64,000 bases of DNA from an uncultured Chloroflexia bacterium (GTDB lineage Bacteria > Chloroflexota > Limnocylindria > Limnocylindrales > CSP1-4), in contig CAWHXD010000008.1 in NCBI GenBank assembly GCA_963833225.1, positions 320,001 to 384,000 of the forward strand, written 5' to 3'. The notes below the pieces were generated by a model that worked only from the letters and a program-made list of their open reading frames with translations, did no database searches and was not told where the DNA came from. How positions within the stretch are numbered: the first letter of the stretch is position 1; every line of letters begins with the position of its first letter. Below are positions 59,022-64,000 of the stretch, in pieces. Both the position numbers and the translations under genes were made by a program.

Positions 59022-60269
59022 CTACCCGGCCTGCCCGGCCGCGGGGGCGGCAGCTGGCGCCTGCATCCCGATGCTGCGCAGGGACGGCACGAACAGGACG
59101 CTGCCCAGGATCACGGCGCTGTTGAGGATCGCGGCGATCACGAGCGTCTCGCCCGTCCCGATGACCGCCGCGATCGGGCCGATCACCGCGTACCCGATCG
59201 GATTGAGCGCCACCGAGCCCAGCCAGTCGAAGGAGCTGATCCGCGACAGCAGGTGACCGGGCACGTTGAGCTGGAGCGCGGTGATCCAGAGCATGTTCCC
59301 GAGCGCAAAGCCCAAGCCGACGGCGAAGCTGACGGCCGCGATCGCGAACAGCGGGAGCGGGACGGCCAGCGCCACCAGCAGCAGACCCGCGGGCAGCACC
59401 AGGAGCTGGCAGACGACGAGCGGCCGCTTGACCCGCACACGCAGCGCGAACATGCCCCCGACCACCGCCCCGGCCAATTCGATGGCGAGGATCGTGCCCC
59501 AGGCCGCGGCCCCACCCAGGGCCTCCTTCGCGACCAGCGGCCCGAGCACGAGCAGGGCGGGAAAGTACGTGAGCTGGAACAGCCCGAACGCGCCGATCAC
59601 CGCCACCGCCCAGCGGCGGGCGACGAACTCCCGCCAGCCCTCACGGAGGTCACTGACGATCGACAGGGACGCGACCCGCGCCGTGGGCGCCAGGCGCATC
59701 GAGGCCGTGAACACGGCGGACGCGAAGAAGGTCAGGGCGTCGATGGCGATCGCGAGGGCGGGGCCACCGGCTGCCACGACCAGCGCCCCGGTGGCGGGAC
59801 CCGCGATCGACGTCACGCTGTATGAGAGCTGGACGACCGCGTTCGCCTCCTGGAGACGCGCGTCGCTCACGGCCTCCCGGATCAGGCCGATGGTCGCCGG
59901 TCGCGAGAACGCGGCGGCGACGCCGAACACGGTCTGCAGGATGGCGACGTTCCACACGTCGGCCAGGCCGGAGACGAGCAGCAGCGCGGTGACGACCTGC
60001 GCTCCCCCCTTTACGAGGTCGCTGCCGACGAGGATCGTCCGTCGCGGAAGGCGGTCGGCGAACACCCCGCCGAGCAGCACGAAGATGACCATCGGCAGCT
60101 CTCGAGCGAGCAGCACGATCCCCAGGTCGATGGCCCCGCCGAACCCCAGCACCGCGAACGCGAGCGCCACCGTCGCCATGCCCGAGCCGAGGCCGCTGAC
60201 GGTGACGGCGACCAGGTACCGGGCGACGCTCAGCTCACGAAGGACGGCCAGCGAGGCAGGGAGTCGCAC
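59022..60269 (-). CDS. MFS transporter (MefA/EntS-like, DHA3)
   Basis: 12 hydrophobic segments, GGVFADRLPRR motif A, LQLNVPGHLLSRI. Confidence 0.9.
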   Translation of the reverse strand: MRLPASLAVLRELSVARYLVAVTVSGLGSGMATVALAFAVLGFGGAIDLGIVLLARELPMVIFVLLGGVFADRLPRRTILVGSDLVKGGAQVVTALLLVSGLADVWNVAILQTVFGVAAAFSRPATIGLIREAVSDARLQEANAVVQLSYSVTSIAGPATGALVVAAGGPALAIAIDALTFFASAVFTASMRLAPTARVASLSIVSDLREGWREFVARRWAVAVIGAFGLFQLTYFPALLVLGPLVAKEALGGAAAWGTILAIELAGAVVGGMFALRVRVKRPLVVCQLLVLPAGLLLVALAVPLPLFAIAAVSFAVGLGFALGNMLWITALQLNVPGHLLSRISSFDWLGSVALNPIGYAVIGPIAAVIGTGETLVIAAILNSAVILGSVLFVPSLRSIGMQAPAAAPAAGQAG

Positions 60270-60523
60270 GCTCCGAGTCTACGGGGAGTTGAGCCCCCGT
60301 TGAGCGCTGCGTAAGCGTCCGCCAAGCGGCGGCCGCTAGGGTTCGGTTCCCGTCGAACCAGCCGGCCCCGCCGACCCGTCGGCCCGCCCGGAGCCCCGAA
60401 TCGCTGGGGCCGGCACCCCCCCCGCCCGCCGGACGTCGATGCCCGCCGCACGCAGGATCGGCCGCAGACCAGCGCGCCCCCGAAGGGCACGTGCGGACCG
60501 ATCGGAAGGAGACACGCAGCGCG

Positions 60524-61021
60524 ATGAACAGGGTCCTCCTCACCGGTCGCCTCACGCGCGACCCAGAGCTCCGCACCACCGCCGGCGGCAAGGCGGTGGC
60601 CCAGTTCTCCATCGCCTCCCACGAGTTCGTGGCCGGGAAGGAGAAACCGGAGTTCCACAACATCGTGACCTGGGATCGCCTCGCCGAGACGTGCGGGCGC
60701 TACCTGGGCAAGGGCCAGCAGGTCGCCGTCGAGGGCCGCCTCCAGACCCGTACCTGGGACGACGAGGCCGGCAAGCGCCACTGGAAGACGGAGATCGTGG
60801 CTTCCGGCGTCGAGATGCTCTCGGGGCGGGGCCGCAAGGACTACCGGGCCGAGACGGCGGCGCAGGCGCTCGAGGCGCAGGCGGAGGCCGCCGGTGTCGC
60901 ACCCGACGCCACGGAGCCGATGGCCGACGACAGCGGGTTCTCCGTCGCCGCCGGCGACGACGAGGACGGGGAGGAGGACGAGCTCCTCGAGGAGGCCGTC
61001 GCGGAGAGCGTCGCGGCCTGA
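60524..61021 (+). CDS. ssb: Single-stranded DNA-binding protein (atypical C-terminus)
   Basis: MNRVLLTGRLTRDPELR, YLGKGQQVAVEGRLQTRTW, TEIVA; GGAAGGAG RBS. Confidence 0.92.
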   Translation: MNRVLLTGRLTRDPELRTTAGGKAVAQFSIASHEFVAGKEKPEFHNIVTWDRLAETCGRYLGKGQQVAVEGRLQTRTWDDEAGKRHWKTEIVASGVEMLSGRGRKDYRAETAAQALEAQAEAAGVAPDATEPMADDSGFSVAAGDDEDGEEDELLEEAVAESVAA

Positions 61022-61078
61022 CCCCCCCTTCCCCCCGGCGGTGGCGCGGTCTCCCCCTGCGTCGCCGCCGGTCACCCG

Positions 61079-62212
61079 TCAGAGCGGCGGGATCGGCAGC
61101 CGGAGCTCGAAGAAGGAGACGGCGATGATCACGTAGACGAGCACGAGGAGCGCACCCTCGAGCCAGTTGGATTCCCCGTCGAGGGCCACGAGCGCGCTGA
61201 TCCCCACCGCGGCCGCCACGCCAGCGATCTCGAGCGGCTGGAAGACGAGGTCCATCGGCTGCCCGACCACCACGCCCAGCAGCACCAGCACCGGCGCCAC
61301 GAACAGCGCGACCTGGAGGGACGAGCCGAAGCTGACCGCGAGCGCGAACTCCATCTTGTTCTTGACCGCGAGCTGCACCGCGACCAGGTGCTCGGCGAGG
61401 TTCCCGATGGTCGGAATGAGGATCACCCCCACGAACAGCTCAGACAGCCCGAACTGCTCGATGAACGGCTCGATCGACCCGACCAGGATCTCGGACAGCA
61501 GGGCGAGGATGGCCGCGGTGACCAGGAGCACGACGGTGGCGGTGCGCATCGTCCATGCCGGCCCTCCATGACCCTCGCTGGCCTCGTGCCCGCCGAGCGT
61601 GCGATCGGGGTTGGTGAACTGCCACACGAGCGACAGGCCGTAGCCCACGATCAGCACGAGGGCCACCAGCACGGACTCCTCGACCCGCACGCCCTCCGAC
61701 TCGAGGCCGCTGGCCGCGAACACGCCGGGGATGAACAGCCCGACGGCCGCGAGGACCAGCAGCGCCGCGTTCGACCCCGCGATCTTGGGGCTGAACGACT
61801 GGAGTCCGTTCCGGAGCCCGCCGGCGAGCATCGCGGCACCCAGCACGAGCAGCAGGTTGCCGATGATCGAGCCCGTGATCGAGGCCTTGACGACATCGAT
61901 CAGCCCGGCCTGCAGCGCGAAGAAGGCGATGATCAGCTCCGCGATGTTGCCGAACGTCGCGTTGAGGATTCCGCCCACCTGCGGTCCGGTCAGGGCGCCC
62001 AGCCGCTCCGTGCACAGCCCGATGACCCACGCGAGGCCCAGGATGGCGACGGCCGAGACGACGAAGACCACGGCGCCCTGGACGTGGAGCACGAGGTCGA
62101 GCCCGGCGGCCACCACGGCCAGGAAGAAGGTCGCCACGAGCGCCATCCTCGCCGCCGGTGACAGGGCACCGAGGACCGGGATCGACGAGCGGGAAGCGGC
62201 GGCGTCCGACAT
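61079..62212 (-). CDS. Ca2+/H+ antiporter (CAX/ChaA family)
   Basis: NATFGNIAEL and GSIIGNLLL (alpha-1), IPTIGNLAEH and GSSLQVALF (alpha-2), DGESNWLEG. Confidence 0.93.
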   Translation of the reverse strand: MSDAAASRSSIPVLGALSPAARMALVATFFLAVVAAGLDLVLHVQGAVVFVVSAVAILGLAWVIGLCTERLGALTGPQVGGILNATFGNIAELIIAFFALQAGLIDVVKASITGSIIGNLLLVLGAAMLAGGLRNGLQSFSPKIAGSNAALLVLAAVGLFIPGVFAASGLESEGVRVEESVLVALVLIVGYGLSLVWQFTNPDRTLGGHEASEGHGGPAWTMRTATVVLLVTAAILALLSEILVGSIEPFIEQFGLSELFVGVILIPTIGNLAEHLVAVQLAVKNKMEFALAVSFGSSLQVALFVAPVLVLLGVVVGQPMDLVFQPLEIAGVAAAVGISALVALDGESNWLEGALLVLVYVIIAVSFFELRLPIPPL

Positions 62213-62252
62213 GACCGCCATCCTATCGGGCGACGAGCGCCCGGGGCGGCGA

Positions 62253-63053
62253 TCAGCGCCCCGGCGTGGGTCCCCCGGGCGGCACCGCTGAGACCCGCTC
62301 CGCGAACGGCATCGGCTTCCCGTCGGCTCCCCGGTCCCAGGAGGCGACCTGGAGGAGCGTCGCCACGGCCACCTGCTGCAGGCGTGCCTGTGCGGCCGGC
62401 GTGTCATCCGCGGCCAGGAACCCGACGCGGAGCCCGTGGACCGTCCCCCCGACCAGCATCACGGCGGGCGAGGCGTGGACGAGGCTCGCGCCCGACTCGT
62501 GGATCGCCGTCTCGATCCCCGCTGCCCGCGTCGAGCGACGTGGCGGCGCCCCGACGCGGGCATCGAGCGTGGCGTCCACGTCCGCGACCACACCGTGGAG
62601 CAGGCGGGCGGCCGACCCGCGAACGGCGGCGACCGCCGCGAGCGTGACCTCGATGTCCGGGACGGCCGGGAACCCCTCGCGGGCATAGCCGTGGCTCGCG
62701 GCATCCGCGCGGAAGGCGCCCTCGGCCACGAGGATCCCGTCACCGGGCTCGAGCGGCTCCCGCGTCGCCCCCAGCCCAATCAGCGTCCGCGCGCCAAGGA
62801 CCGCGAGCTCCTCCACCGCGATCGCCGTGCTCGCGGAGCCCGTTCCGGTCGAGCAGACGGTGAGCCGGGTGTCGTCGACCCGGCCCGTCCACAGCTGGAA
62901 CGCGTAGTGGTCGGCGACGAGCCGCGCGTCAGCCCATGTCGCGGCGATCGCGCCGGCCTCCTCGCGTGACGGCGTGAGCACCACGTACGGCGCGATGTCG
63001 TCCGGGCCGGCGTCGCCGCCAAACCCCCGGTGGACGAACTCCCGTTCCGTCAT
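62253..63053 (-). CDS. Degenerate uridine/purine nucleoside phosphorylase-fold protein
   Basis: VCSTGTGSASTAIAVEEL, GFPAVPD scaffold; catalytic motifs altered; ATGA overlap. Confidence 0.7.
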   Translation of the reverse strand: MTEREFVHRGFGGDAGPDDIAPYVVLTPSREEAGAIAATWADARLVADHYAFQLWTGRVDDTRLTVCSTGTGSASTAIAVEELAVLGARTLIGLGATREPLEPGDGILVAEGAFRADAASHGYAREGFPAVPDIEVTLAAVAAVRGSAARLLHGVVADVDATLDARVGAPPRRSTRAAGIETAIHESGASLVHASPAVMLVGGTVHGLRVGFLAADDTPAAQARLQQVAVATLLQVASWDRGADGKPMPFAERVSAVPPGGPTPGR

Positions 63054-64000
63054 CGGCCACTCCCTCGCCCGGGCTGCCAGGTCGTGCGGCCGCCAACGTC
63101 CCACGCGGCGAGGATGCGCACCGCGCGCAGCGCGACCTCGATCGCCCGCGGCTCGCCGATGGGGTTGTAGCGCCCGGTCGAGCGGTCGTCCACGACGACG
63201 TTCATCCGCCCCGCCCGCCAGCCGCGGAGCCGGGCCACGGTGAACAGGGTCGCCGTCTCGGTGTCCCAGTCGAGGACGCCCACCGCGCGCAGCTCGTCCT
63301 CGATGCCCGCCATCGACGCCGAGACGAACCCCCCGAACCCCGGGATCCCCTCGCCGGCGTAGAACGACGAGGACGTCCCCCCGACGCCCACGTGCACCGG
63401 GGCCCTCTCTGCCTGCGCGGCCGCGACGAGCGCCGCGGTCACCCAGGTGTCCGCCACCGCCGGATAGGCGGGGTCGATGAACACGTCGCTGGTCCCGTCC
63501 ATCCGCACGGCCCCGCTCGCGACCACCAGGTCCCCGGTCCCGATCCGCTCCTGCAGCGCGCCCGTGACCCCGACCCGGATGAACGTCGTGGCGCCGCGGC
63601 TGCCCAGGGCATCGACCACCAGGCTCACGCCATGCCCCCCGATGCCCGTCGAGCAGGCCGCGACCGGGATCCCGTCGAGGGTCCCGGCGACGAGCAGGAA
63701 GTCCCGCTCGCGCGCGAGCGTGCGCGTGCCTGCGAGGCACTCCCCGAACCGCCCGACGCGGTGCTCGCTGCCGGGCACCAGCACGTACGCGGGCAACGGG
63801 CCATCGAGGCCCGCGAACAGGCCGCCCCGCACGCGGCGGGCGTGGGACGTCGGCCCGGCGGGGGTGGACCCGTCGGCCAGCAGGGCGTCGACATCGGCGG
63901 CGGCGAACGTGCCGCCCTGCGACCCCGGCGTCCGGCACGCGAGCGCACCGGCCGCGGCGCCCCGTCTGGCAGCCGTGAGCACCGGCTCTCCGCGGGCGAG
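63050..64000 (-). CDS. Nucleoside phosphorylase (Udp-like) apparently fused C-terminally to a PfkB-family kinase; 5' part outside the window
   Basis: Open frame from the window edge: LARGEPVLTAARRGAAAGALACRTPGSQ (PfkB-like C-terminus), then LVPGSEHRV, CSTGIGG, FIRVG, AVRMDGTS, YPAVAD. Confidence 0.78.
   Translation of the reverse strand, partial: LARGEPVLTAARRGAAAGALACRTPGSQGGTFAAADVDALLADGSTPAGPTSHARRVRGGLFAGLDGPLPAYVLVPGSEHRVGRFGECLAGTRTLARERDFLLVAGTLDGIPVAACSTGIGGHGVSLVVDALGSRGATTFIRVGVTGALQERIGTGDLVVASGAVRMDGTSDVFIDPAYPAVADTWVTAALVAAAQAERAPVHVGVGGTSSSFYAGEGIPGFGGFVSASMAGIEDELRAVGVLDWDTETATLFTVARLRGWRAGRMNVVVDDRSTGRYNPIGEPRAIEVALRAVRILAAWDVGGRTTWQPGRGSGR

Noticed and set aside
60336-60360. 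ykkC/guanidine riboswitch or LexA box upstream of ssb (CTAGGGTTCGG; GTTC-N5-GAAC)
   Set aside because: Downstream ykkC consensus elements are absent, and the half-sites have the wrong orientation and spacing for GAAC-N4-GTTC

Overview
High-GC bacterial chromosomal region. Gene content and protein style suggest a Chloroflexota (possibly Limnocylindria/Ellin6529-like) or actinobacteria-like organism; this is inference only. From left to right: the tail of an MtrA/MtrB-like two-component system with a GerMN/Gmad2 lipoprotein; a nucleoside uptake/salvage cluster (BMP-family ABC transporter, two IU-family nucleoside hydrolases, DeoD-type phosphorylase); a trans-sulfuration PLP enzyme; and gatC-gatA...gatB, split by an opposite-strand LacI-regulated cellobiose/cellodextrin cluster (ABC transporter, GH94, GH1). 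These are followed by a polar amino-acid ABC transporter, ligA, an alpha-hydroxy-acid oxidase, a DinB-like protein, pcrA, CIRCE-controlled groES-groEL, tatD, a VOC protein and metG. The right end holds a purA-D-B-C-S-Q-L-F-M-(purN-purH fusion) operon, an MFS transporter, ssb, a Ca2+/H+ antiporter and two nucleoside-phosphorylase-fold genes, one apparently fused to a PfkB kinase and one catalytically degenerate. I saw no rRNA, tRNA, CRISPR array, transposase or integrase. Many single-base frameshifts (7.2-7.9 kb, 42-58 kb), a T47 run and a G-rich adapter-like stretch near 30.8-31.3 kb point to sequencing/assembly error. The most interesting signals are: (1) about 125-150 bp intergenic GTC...GAC inverted-repeat elements, two exactly 129 bp with conserved ends and divergent interiors; (2) a structured leader of about 195 nt with a terminator and alternative pairing upstream of the pur operon; (3) the PfkB-phosphorylase fusion plus pseudo-enzyme partner; (4) a MetRS whose HIGH motif reads GLHT; (5) a Cys-triad atypical receiver protein; (6) many leaderless promoters.
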